A DNA stretch of 64,000 nt from Basidiobolus meristosporus CBS 931.73. Its lineage: Eukaryota; Fungi; Basidiobolomycota. The translations under genes were made by a program, and so were the position numbers. The notes below the pieces were generated by a model that was given only the letters and a program-made list of their open reading frames with translations, did not search any database and was not told where the DNA came from. This document shows, in pieces, positions 26,055 to 37,100 of this stretch. How positions within the stretch are numbered: the first letter of the stretch is position 1; each line of letters begins with the position of its first letter. The DNA lies in contig MCFE01000450.1 of NCBI GenBank assembly GCA_002104905.1, forward strand, positions 9,062 to 73,061, given 5' to 3'.

Positions 26055-28313
26055 CCTGTAAGAAAGGTTTACCTGGGATACAACTCTTCACTGGAAGCTA
26101 CATCCAGTGGGTCTATATAGCTGAATATTGGGCATATCTCAGGGACAAGAGCAGCAAAACTAACTGACATGGAGTATGTGCCTAGGATAGCCAAGAACAT
26201 ACTTGGTCAGTAGAGCAACTACTAATAGACTGAAATTAACTTTTGCTAAACTGAGCCGCTGAATATTGGTGAAAATGGACCAAAATTAGCTTTGGGAGTA
26301 AAAGAGCACAATATATACAGGTTACCATACAAGATCATTCTACCTGAGCAAGTCAATATTGCCAAAACTGATGAAACTAGCTGGGAGATGTGGCATAGGA
26401 GGCTAGGACCCATTAAGGAGCAGAAAATGAGCTAATTAGTGAGAAATTAGCTTGTTTTGGGCCTAAACTACTCAACTCTAATCAAATTGAGTGTTGGTAA
26501 TAGTTGTTCATTTGACATATGAATGTCTGTAAAGGATGTTTATATGGTAACCAAGCTAGGCAACATTTCCAGAGCCCAGGAGGTATTAACACCACCAAAA
26601 TATTGGCTTTTGTGCACTTGGACATATATGGGCCTACAAGAAATCTGTCCTTTGGAGCCAAGAGATACTTGATGATATTCAATGACAACAAGATAAGATA
26701 TACATAGAAGTACTTCCTTAAGGCAAAGAATGAGGCTTTGGAGATGGTTAGGCACATGAAGAAGAAGGCAGAAACACAAACTGGATATAAATTGAAGATA
26801 CTTTGGAGTGACAAAGGAAGGGAATACAGCTCAAGAGAGCTTGTAAAGTACTACTCATCTACTGGTATACTTTGGCAGAACACTGTTTGACATACTCCAC
26901 AGCAAAATAGAGTAGCAGAATATGCAAGTAGATCCATAATAGAGATTGGAATTTATGAGCTACATGATGAGGGAATGGACTAAGAGTTTTCAGCTGAATC
27001 TATTGCTACCATGTATACATCAAGAATCAATGCCCAACAGCAGCACTATGTAATTATTCACCCTTTTAAGCATATACAGGCTAAAAATTAGACCTCTAAT
27101 ACCAGGGATCTTTGGCAGTTTTTTTTATGAGAGCCCTGACAAAACACACTCAAAGTTGGGACCAAAGAATAGAAAAATGATCTTTCTTGGATATCGCAAG
27201 GATACAATAGGGTATAGAGTGAATGATGCACAATTCAGAAGCTGATCAAGAGTAGGGATGCTGTATTTGAGGAGAATTTAGATCAGAAAGACACTGAAAT
27301 CATTACCCAGCTACCTGATGAGGCAATCAATGCTAATGAGAAAGATACATACCTAACTCAGCCAGGTACAGATGATAACTCTACCAGCTCCAGATCAGAG
27401 CAAATTATATCTTGTTAGGATATCTACCAGAATAACAAATGCCCCTGGATCCTGGTGGCAGACATCCAATGATTATGAAGAAAATTAGCTGCCTTTTATG
27501 TCATACCTCAGTATGTGAAACAGGCAATGCAAAGTCCAGATGCTACTATGTGACAACAAGCTATGCAGGATGAGTACAACTACTGATCAGGGTGAAACAT
27601 GGGAACCAGTAGACCTACCAAATGGGAGAAAGAACCAGTAGACCTACCAAATGGGAGAAAGCCAGTAAGATGTAGATAGGTCTACTAGATCAAGATAACC
27701 TCAAATGGCACCATTGGTAAGAACAGTGCTGGATTGGTGGCTAAAGACTATTCTTAGATCCAGGGACTAGACTTTAAGGAAACATTTGCTCCAGCTGCCA
27801 AGTGTAACTCCATCAGTACAGTTTGAGCCCTGGCAGCTGTGCACAATTTAGATCTATACCAAATGGATATCATGCAGCCTTTCTAAATGGGGATCTGCAG
27901 GAAACCATATATATAGAGCATTCAGAAGGTCTTACCAATCCAAAAGGCCTTCATAAGGTGTGTAGACATAGGAAATTATTGTATGGGCTTAAGCAGGCAC
28001 ATAAAGCATGGAATAACAAGATTGACACATATGTAAAGGAGATTGGATTCATTTGAGGCACTGCAGATCACAGTTTATATTTGAAACAGCTCAAAAAGGG
28101 TGTAAATATCCTAATTCTTTATTTGAAAAACCCAGAAATAGCTACAAGTGACAAGGAGGCACTTAAACAGGCAAGATCAGATTGCTTCATCAAGTTTGAG
28201 ATACATTTTCTTGAAAAATTAAACTTTTTTCTTGGAATTGAAGTCAAATTTACATACCCATGCAGAAAGCTGAGCTGAACCTGATTAATTGCATTAGGGA
28301 CAGTCTCAGATGC

Positions 28314-28683
28314 TGTTCAAATATTGAAATTTTTGGCATCATTCAGCAGCCAAAAATTTATTTAACAATTCTAGACTAGTGTTGGTCACTCTAGTACTAA
28401 TTTGCAGCCCCAACTCTGTCAGTTTCTTCAGATCCATGATCCTATGATTATTCCCCTACAGTCAAGATCATTTTTACACTTTTTACCAAACATTATGCAC
28501 TAACCCTGAAACTGTTACAGAACACTCTTGAATGTTAGGAAACTATCCTTACTTGGTGCTATAGTGGTATAACTTCTACAAAGGTATAAATTTTGATCTA
28601 CTTTATGAGCAATCAGCATTTCAACTTTTATCACTATTTCTTGAAAAGTTCCTTATATCCAATTCACATCTTAAATTGCAACA
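28314..28683 (+). mobile_element. Copia-2 solo LTR inserted in the RT of a Copia-2 copy
   Basis: 370 bp TG..CA homolog of 29389-29756. Flanks GATGC and GATTC (5-bp TSD with one mismatch). Confidence 0.8.
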
Positions 28684-29059
28684 GATTCTTCTAGAAGGAG
28701 AATTGCAAGCCTGCAGCTGCCCACATTGACAATAACCTGAGCTTGAGCAAATCTCAACCAGTTTTAGGTGAAAAAGGCTCAAATGTGGATCAAAACTGTC
28801 CCTTACAGTCAATGGTAGGTTGCCTCACGTAATTGATGGTGTTTACATATCCAGCTATTGCAGTGACAGTTGGGATAGTCAGTTAATGCAAGCAAAATCA
28901 TGGATCAGATTGAATTACAGCAATTAAGCAAATTTTAGCTATCTACAAAGTATTATAAATATGCTACTGGAGCACTCTGAAGCAGCTAATAGGCCATTGT
29001 TTGATGGTTGGAGTGATACACATTGGGGCAGGGATCTGATCAACACAAAGCTAAGTACT

Positions 29060-30083
29060 TGGCTGCTTGTCAAGCAACTAAGGAGGCTATATGGCTACAA
29101 AAACTATTCAAAGACTTGGGTTTTAGCTCAGATGAACCAACATGTATTTACAAGGATAATCAAAGTTGCATTTTGTTAGCTAGAAATCCTATCAATCATG
29201 CCAGAACCAAGCACATTGATATACAACATCACTTTGTGAGGGAAGCTATAGAAAATACCATAGTAGAGTTAGTGTACTGCCCTTCTAACAAAATGATGGC
29301 AGATATATTGATAAAATCACTAGCTAGACCACAATTTGAGAATCTCAGGGAGGAATTAGAGTTAAGAAATTAATTAGTTGAAGGGGAGTGCTGAAATATT
29401 GGACTATTTGGTGTCATTCTGCAAATAAAAATTTTCTTAGCAATTCCTGACTAGTCTTGGTCACTGTGGGACTAATTCACAGCTCTTACTTTGCCACTTT
29501 CTTCAGATCTATGATCTTATGATTATTCCCCTATAGTCAGGAGCAAATTAGCACTATTATTAAACATTATATACTAACCCTGGAACTGTTACAGAATGCT
29601 CCTGAGTGTTAAGAAGCTCTTCTTACTGAGTATTGCAGCTGTATTAACTTTACAAGGGTAGAAATGCTGAACTACTTATGAATCAACAACAATTGAACTA
29701 TTATTACTCTTTCTCAATATATTCCTTGGATCCAATTCACTCCTTAAATAGTAACATAATCAGCCCCTTAGCATAGCCACACTTCAATCATTCTTTGGAA
29801 AGGATCCCTATTGTAGGGAATTTGAGAAGTACTTTGCAAGTCCTGCTGCCTCTTTGACTGGTATCCTCAAGAAAGACAATTCCTTGAAGTGTTCACAGCC
29901 TGTGAGACTGCCTTTCAGATGCTCAAGAATCAACTTACTAAGCTGCCAAGCTTAAGAATTTCTGACATTAGAACAGAGTTTACTCTGCTCACAGATGCTT
30001 CAGATTATGCAATTGGTGGAGTACAAAGCCAAGACCATGAGACTAAGGACCACCCAGTTACTTCTCAATCATAGAAGCTGAAC
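29060..30083. repeat. ~1 kb near-identical inverted duplication, arm 2
   Basis: Reverse complement of 12999-14020. Confidence 0.9.
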
Positions 30084-30700
30084 CACATGGGCCAGGATTT
30101 GTTGCACAACATTCTTCCATTCTGGATTTTTGGACATCTTGAGGGAGGCTTCTTCTTTTTTCAGGACAGAGGTTTCTGATTATTGCTGCCTACTTCTTTC
30201 TTTGTAAGGGAGGTTTCTGCTTATGCTACTACTAATGTTGCAAGCTGGGTATAGGGGTTGTAGAGGAATAGGGAGTTTAGCTAGCATTGAATTTACTAAA
30301 ATTTGGACTGATTAGTATTAAGGTTTCAGTAGCTCATTGTATGCTTTTGCCACATCAATTGCTGACTAATTGTTTTTCCTAATGTTGATTGTGGCTGATG
30401 ACTCATTTGATTTCATCATCATCACTGCATTAGATTTTTGTTGACATATTTACTCTGTCTGATAAGGATCTGCTGACTAATACTACTGATTTGATAGATA
30501 AAACTGATCCAGAGATAGGCTTAACATTAAGCTAATAGATTTAACAAAAAACTGATCTAACACAAGTATACATACAGTGGATCTTAATATTGGCAGTATT
30601 TATAGAAGTAGCAGCAGGAACCTCAATAAAGATTGGTTCAAGCTTGAGTGCATACAATACTAGCTAAACGCCCAATTCCTCTACAACTCTTATATCAGGA
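30084..30700 (-). mobile_element. Ty3-A gag start and 5' LTR fragments
   Basis: 30090-30230 matches 25580-25685 (PBS region locally duplicated). LTR ~30236-30560. An opposite-orientation LTR piece lies at ~30600-30700. Confidence 0.7.
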
Positions 30701-32101
30701 TTTGAGACATATGTATTGCACTGTGGGAGCACCCTTTCTTAACAGCTCACCCACTGATACCATGTCTATTCCACAAGTAGGTCTAGTTAACAAAGACTAT
30801 GGCCCCCTGCTAACTAACTTCTGCATATGTGTACCCCCAGTGCAATTGGCATACTTCTACTACTTCAGATTTTCAGCTGTCTAGCATGAAACCTGCAAAT
30901 TTGACACATACTTGGTATTGACAGTTGCATATATATCTTGCAAGCATATTATTGGGTACCACCACTTTTGGTCTGGACATATCTTGAATATAAGTATAGT
31001 ACCTCATACTATTTGGCATAAACATGCCATTTTGTTTTTACCTCCCTTTGGCCGTTAATATAGTCCATTATAGAGTAATGCCTTTGCATTTACTTACCCA
31101 CTGTTACCTTAGTTATCCCAATGCCAACTCAAATATATAGACTTTGATCCCACTTACTGACTTCTGCCTATGTACACACCAAATGCAACTGACATACTTT
31201 TAAGACCTCAGCTTATAACTTTTCAACATAACCCTCTTAAATTGCCATACACCATATGTAGCTGTTAACATACCTCTTGCAATCATATGCTTGGTTATTG
31301 CCACTAGTGCTACAAATACTTCCAATACTACCACAAATGTTTTTGAAACTTGACCAATGTATTCCTGGTCCATGTATGATTTTGGTTCCACTCACAGATA
31401 AGCTCTGATTTTGTTTGTGCAAATTTTGTATCAAAGGGTAAGAAACTGGCTTTTGCACTGTAGAAACCCAGCTTACTCTGGTGAAGCAGTGGTAATGAAA
31501 CCTGTTTCCTGTTGCATCCAACCTATCTTTGCAGTACCTGACTAACTATCAATGCATTGTTACATGCTTAGTTTCTTGGTGCTCATGGCATTGGTGTTGG
31601 CTTGTGCACATATACACCTGATGTAGTTTAATTCCTCCTTGCTGTCCTCCATAAATATCCCTATAACCGCAACATTTATCTCCTAACACTTTCAATGTAC
31701 AGCAGATAGAAACTGCATCAGAAGGTAACTTGAATATGTTCAGATTAGTCATCATTTGATCCTGTATTCACACAAGTACAACCACATGTATGCAAGATTG
31801 TCCTCAGTTTGCTTGCTTATTCATAATAGGTAATAAAATACTGTTGTGCTATGTAGGCATCAAGGGCCCAAAGTATTGGGATACCAATGAGATTATGCAT
31901 GGGGTAGAAAGTTTGTTTATGACCACATCCCGGACAATGATGCTGTATTAGGTGCCATTGGAGAAGCAGTACTCACAATCAGTAGTGAGAAGAGCAATAT
32001 TGGTGTATCAGAGCATGGGTCTGGCCCCATGAGCTAAATCTTCCCAGATATTCCCTTGTTTGAGTTATAAGAGTCTTGGAGATATTAGACTTGTTCCATT
32101 G

Positions 32102-32176
32102 GATAGTGCCACATAGTACCAGCCTGTTTATAGTGCCGGATCAATCTGGCACTCTACGGCACTATCTGGCACTATA
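32102..32176. repeat. Symmetric 3+3 inverted array of a 9-bp motif (core TAGTGCC/GGCACTA)
   Basis: GATAGTGCC, CATAGTACC, TATAGTGCC, followed by GGCACTCTA, GGCACTATC, GGCACTATA. Confidence 0.85.
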
Positions 32177-32269
32177 ATTTCTACCATGATGCCAGTGGTA
32201 TGATACAATTACTGGTAATTTTACTCAATCTTACTTATGTTGCTCAGAATAGTGCTTTCCTTGCTTTAT

Positions 32270-33154
32270 TTACTCTTTATAATGCTCCAGACACATTTCT
32301 CTCAGTGGATGTCTTCTTGTATGAACATACTGTGCATTGATAAGTATCTTAACTATTTTACCTATTCTGCTGTTTTCACCTATATATGACTTTCCTCTGT
32401 ATTTACCTGCCAATATGCTGAATCTCTTCAGATATCCAAATGTGTGCTCTACCCTTACTCTAAAATGATTAAATATCTCATTGTAGAGCTTCTGCTTCCT
32501 GCTAAGCACACCATTCCTTGGCTTCCTATAAGCTGTAATACATCCTAATCTCTGACAATCCTCTCCTATATAGGCTAAGTCTGCCATACATTTCTCCCCT
32601 CTACTGAATTCAGGATGATTCTCAACCCAGAGTGCTTTGTCATGCCTACTTCCAGCAAATGGCCCACTAAACCAGATGATGTTACCCTCAATGTCAGACA
32701 GTGCTTGAAACTTCACACAGTGTGCCTTGTACTTGCCAGAATAAAGGTGCCACTGCCCTCTAGAAGGTCTGTTAATCCTCACTGGGAAGGTATCCAAAAT
32801 ACTCCTGATATGGAACCTGTTGCTGAACACTCTGGGATATGGAAGTCTATTGGAGCTTCTGAACATAGTATTCCAAGCTTGCTCTAAGTCATTCATACCC
32901 TCTGCAAGGTGGTTCTCCATTGCTGTCAGCTGGCAATGAAAGCTTCTAGGACTTTTGTTGCCATGGATGGTGGGATGAAACCTTGTAGGGCAATAGTTCT
33001 TGTAATAGCAGAGAAGCTTAACAAGGGATCTCCTTGAGTAGATTGGGGTTGATGGTCCACAGTACTTGGTATAGATCTCCTCCAGTGTGTCAAAAGGAAA
33101 TCCAGTGGTAGTGATGGGATTGATGAGAAAAGACCATTCAGATGAGTAAGTCAT
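32270..33154 (-). CDS. DDE_Tnp_4-family transposase (IS5/ISL2-like; PIF-Harbinger/ISL2EU superfamily), intronless, ~294 aa from the first ATG
   Basis: ILDTFP, YSGKYKAHCVKFQ, SGPFAGSRHD, MADLAYIG, YRKP and RVRVEHTFGYLKRF motifs; the D-D-E triad appears present. The ORF track start at 33196 is a TTG. Confidence 0.85.
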   Translation of the reverse strand: MTYSSEWSFLINPITTTGFPFDTLEEIYTKYCGPSTPIYSRRSLVKLLCYYKNYCPTRFHPTIHGNKSPRSFHCQLTAMENHLAEGMNDLEQAWNTMFRSSNRLPYPRVFSNRFHIRSILDTFPVRINRPSRGQWHLYSGKYKAHCVKFQALSDIEGNIIWFSGPFAGSRHDKALWVENHPEFSRGEKCMADLAYIGEDCQRLGCITAYRKPRNGVLSRKQKLYNEIFNHFRVRVEHTFGYLKRFSILAGKYRGKSYIGENSRIGKIVKILINAQYVHTRRHPLREMCLEHYKE

Positions 33155-34061
33155 ATTAAAATTGATGGATGATTGTATGGAGGCGGTTTGAATCAATTTG
33201 GCGCAATTTGCCTTATTTATCTGATTTTTAACACATTATGGTTAAATCTCCATCAATTGCCATGTATCCCATCATTATGTTGCAAAAATCATCCGCAAAC
33301 AATACCTTGGTACTTTTATTGATGCTTTAATCATAGGTCTATAATCAAATAGGAAATCTGCGATTGATGTGATCTGATCTGTGTCAACGCAATCCAAGAT
33401 ACATCATGCATAATATATGGAAAATTCAACAATCACTTTAGTTTTCATATATATTTTATATAAGACCAGATTGATGCCAATATACTGCTGTATAAGTATC
33501 CAAATCCATTGCTATGGTCCCCATACCAAGCCTCAACTCATCTTTAGTACAACCCAGACAAAACCCATCCCCCAGCTCACAAGCACGGTCCGGACCGGAG
33601 AAGTCTATGTTGGATCCATTTGGAGGCACTACTTGTGAGAAATACTCAGAGTAGGTATATTTTATTATATTTGTTTGTTTTCCCAAGTTTGTTCTTGTAC
33701 AGGCAAAGATACTTTTCAGTCTTTGTACTATTGGCCAAAGCTGCATTCTTATCAAGTCCCTGTTGGTGGAGTTTACAGTTGTTTTGACTTTGGAAGCTTT
33801 AGTACATTGTCATCTCAAAGGACGTCAAAGCCATTATAAACTTTTGTTAAGACGCCAACTAAGTTGGGGATTGTAGCTCAATAGCTTTCCCTTGACAAGC
33901 TTGTGGCTTTATCCCCCATCACATTAGATTAGACAAAAGACCCAGTATTCCTAGCAAGCTTTTGCCAGAGGTTATCACACCCAGTGAACACCCCACATAC
34001 ATTCACACTTGAGAAGTGTTGGCCGTACTTTGCCCTTTGGACTTATACACCACCACATATT

Positions 34062-34079
34062 TGGCACCCAACATGGGGG
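34062..34079 (+). promoter_or_regulatory. tRNA-Lys-type primer binding site, CpG-eroded
   Basis: TGGCACCCAACATGGGGG versus the canonical tRNA-Lys1,2 PBS TGGCGCCCAACGTGGGGC; both CpGs are changed to CpA. Confidence 0.8.
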
Positions 34080-34142
34080 GTTCATACAAGCTCCCTAGGA
34101 CCCAACAAGATTTACCTGAAGATTTGAGCCGTTACCCATTTA

Positions 34143-37100
34143 TTGAAACAAGACTACCAATATTATCAAGACTACAACACAACCTACCCACCCAAAATGA
34201 ACTCTATGCCATTACCACTCTCACATGGAGCCCCACAGTTTGATGGAAAGAATGTGGAGAGCTTCATATACAAATGGGAGAAGCTCTGCAAGATGTGCAG
34301 TCTATCTGAACAAGAAATGGCTGAAGACTTTCCCTACTACTGCACCAATGATATTACTACTAAGCTTCTCAGACAAGGAGACATTCTGACTGACTGGACC
34401 TTAATGAAGACCTACCTACAGACCAAGTATGGCAGACCCCAGATATACTATGGAATTGAGGACCTCAGACACTTTGGAAGGATGGGACTCTCCAAGCTAC
34501 CACTTGAAGAGTTCATTCAACAATATGAAGATATGGCCAAGCCACTCCTAGAGTCCCAGGCGATAACTGAGTTTACCATGACACTTTACCTTGCACAAGG
34601 GCTTCCCCAGGAATTGGCAAGGAAAGTTGACCTACATGCAGCCAAGGATGACAAGTCTGGCATTCCTTGCTTTGCAGAGATGAAATGTGTACTCCTAGAG
34701 GCAAAGCAAACTTCTACCTTTATAAGACTCCTGACATCTAATCTGCCAGACCAGCCAACCAAGAAGCCAAAGAGTGCTGTTGCTGACAATCAGACCCACA
34801 CTACCGACAGAATTGACCAACTTGCTGAACAGCTACAAAAGCTAGCCCTCAAGATTAATGGCTCAGCCAAGGTAGCTACTGAGGGCCAAAGAGCTTTGCC
34901 TAGACACTGCATTTGGTGTGACTCTACTCAGCATGCCAGATGAGAATGCTCAGAGCTTAGCCAGCTACTTAGAGAAGGAACAGTACAGTTTGATGCTGAT
35001 GGAATGCTTGTTGATAAGGAAGGAAAAAGGATTCCCACTAATTTCCAAAGAGGCGGAATGAGAGCCCTTTTTGAGAAGTCTGACTCAGCAACTTGAAAGA
35101 TTACTGTTGATGCCCCTATTGGGACTCATACAGTAAGTCCAAACAGCCCTGACAACAGAAAATACAAAGTAGACACCTTTGCTACTAAGAGACACCTTCC
35201 TGAAGAACCTGTCAAACCCATCCTTAGAAGACCACAATTTGAAGAGCCTGAGGTTATTATTGACAAGAGGCCTGGAACACTGCCCACCCAAGACCCATTA
35301 CCTCACTTTCAGATGACCTCAAAGATAGCAGGCTACTCAAGCCCCCAATTGATTACTGAGAAACTACTGAAGCAGAACCTCACTTTGTCAGTTGGAGAAA
35401 TCATGAGTGTATCACCATCTGTTAGGAAGACCTTTGATAAGCAGCTTAGAACAAGAAGACAAGCTGTTGAACATATGGACACCCATATAATCCAGACAAA
35501 CCATGAAGACCACAAAAAGGATGACAACGCTACCAAATATAAGACCTTCTACTCAGTTGCAACTGCTGTGGTGAAAGGGTATATTTATGATGACCCTGTT
35601 GACTGCCATATTGACAGTGGCTTGGAGATTTGTGTTATGCCGCTAGACTTCTGGAAGTTGCTTAGAAACAAGGAGCTACTGCCTGTTGATAGAGATATTG
35701 GATGGAACATGACTGATGCCAACTCAGGATCTAGTCCACTCTATGGTGTAGTGCACAAGTTCCCTATTGAGGTACAAGGAATCAAGGTCTGGCTTCCCCT
35801 CTTTATCTGCCTGAAGCCAAACTTTGACCTTCTGTTAGGCAGACCATGGGAGACCAGTACTAAGGCTACAACCACCAACTATTCTGATGGGTCAGTGTGG
35901 TACACTATACAAGGATCCAACCCAGGACTACAGTCAACGTTCTGTGGGGTAACACCCAACAATAAGAGGACACATACTGCCTGCCAGAAGACACATCTTG
36001 TTATAGAAGAAGATGAGGAGCCTGACAATATACACCCCAACAGTTGGAGCTGCTCATTAGGTATACAGGAGCAGACAGCTATGGTTTGCCCAAAATACAA
36101 GACAGTAGAACTGAAGATTAGACCATCACTTACACCTTTAACTGATGGATCTCAACCTGCTGATTACATCAGACCACCAGAAGGAACACCAGAAGATATA
36201 CAACTTACACCTGAGAGACTTAAGCAACTTATCATTGGTGATGGAAACCTAACACCGGAGGAGATCTTACTATTTGAAGAAACCCTGATAAGGCATGATA
36301 AGGTTTTCTCATATAATGACAAGGAGATGGGACTCTTAAAGACATCGGTTGAAAAACCTATCAAGATTCATACAGTGCCCCACACACCCTGGTCATTTAA
36401 GCCTTCCCCACTACCTAGAGGACTCCAAGCTGATGTGCATGACCTACTTAAGAAGAAGATTGAAGCTGGTATCCTAGAACCTTGCCATGGACCTTATGCT
36501 AACAGATGGTTTGTGACCAAAAAGAAGAATGGGAAGCTCCGATTCATTCAAGACATGCAACCTGCAAATGCTGTCACTATCAGAGATGCCACAATACCTC
36601 TGTCTATTGATGACTTTGCAGAAAGCTTTAGTGGTCACTCCATCTACTCAACATATGATCTCTACTCAGGATATGACCAGATCCCCCTAGATGAGACATC
36701 AAGAGATATGTTTGCACTCCAGACACCATTTGGACTGTTAAGAATGACAAGACTCAGCCAAGGGGCAACAAACTCTGTGGCTCAGTTCCAGAGATGCATG
36801 GTGAATGTGCTCTACCGGTTTATACCTGAGAAACTTGCTGTCTTTGTTGATGACATAGGCATCAAACAACCAAAACTCCGGGACACAACTGAAGTTATGC
36901 CTGGAGTAAGAAAGTTTGTCTATGACCATATTTCAGACAATAATGCCATATTAGGAGCCATTGAAAAAGCTGGACTCACCATCAGTGGTGAGAAAAGCAG
37001 CTTTGGTGTATCAGAGATATCCATTTTTGGACAAAAATGCAACACCTTTGGTCATTCACCTGGAGACTCCAAGACACAAAAGATATGCAACTGGCCTACC

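Larger units (their letters stand above)
19860..29756 (+). mobile_element. Degenerate Copia-2 element hosting a full Ty3-A element and a solo LTR
   Basis: Partial 5' LTR ends ~20110; gag relic 20568-20915; sequence resumes at 26055 with integrase/RT relics; RNaseH 29023-29373; PPT GAAGGGGAG; 3' LTR 29389-29756. Confidence 0.85.

Noticed and set aside
32102-32176. CRISPR-like or satellite array
   Set aside because: The units are 9 bp, inverted and lack spacers; the context is eukaryotic.
32087-33607. Defined TIRs and TSD for the DDE element
   Set aside because: Only a 5-7 bp inverted match with TA was found, too short to support boundaries.
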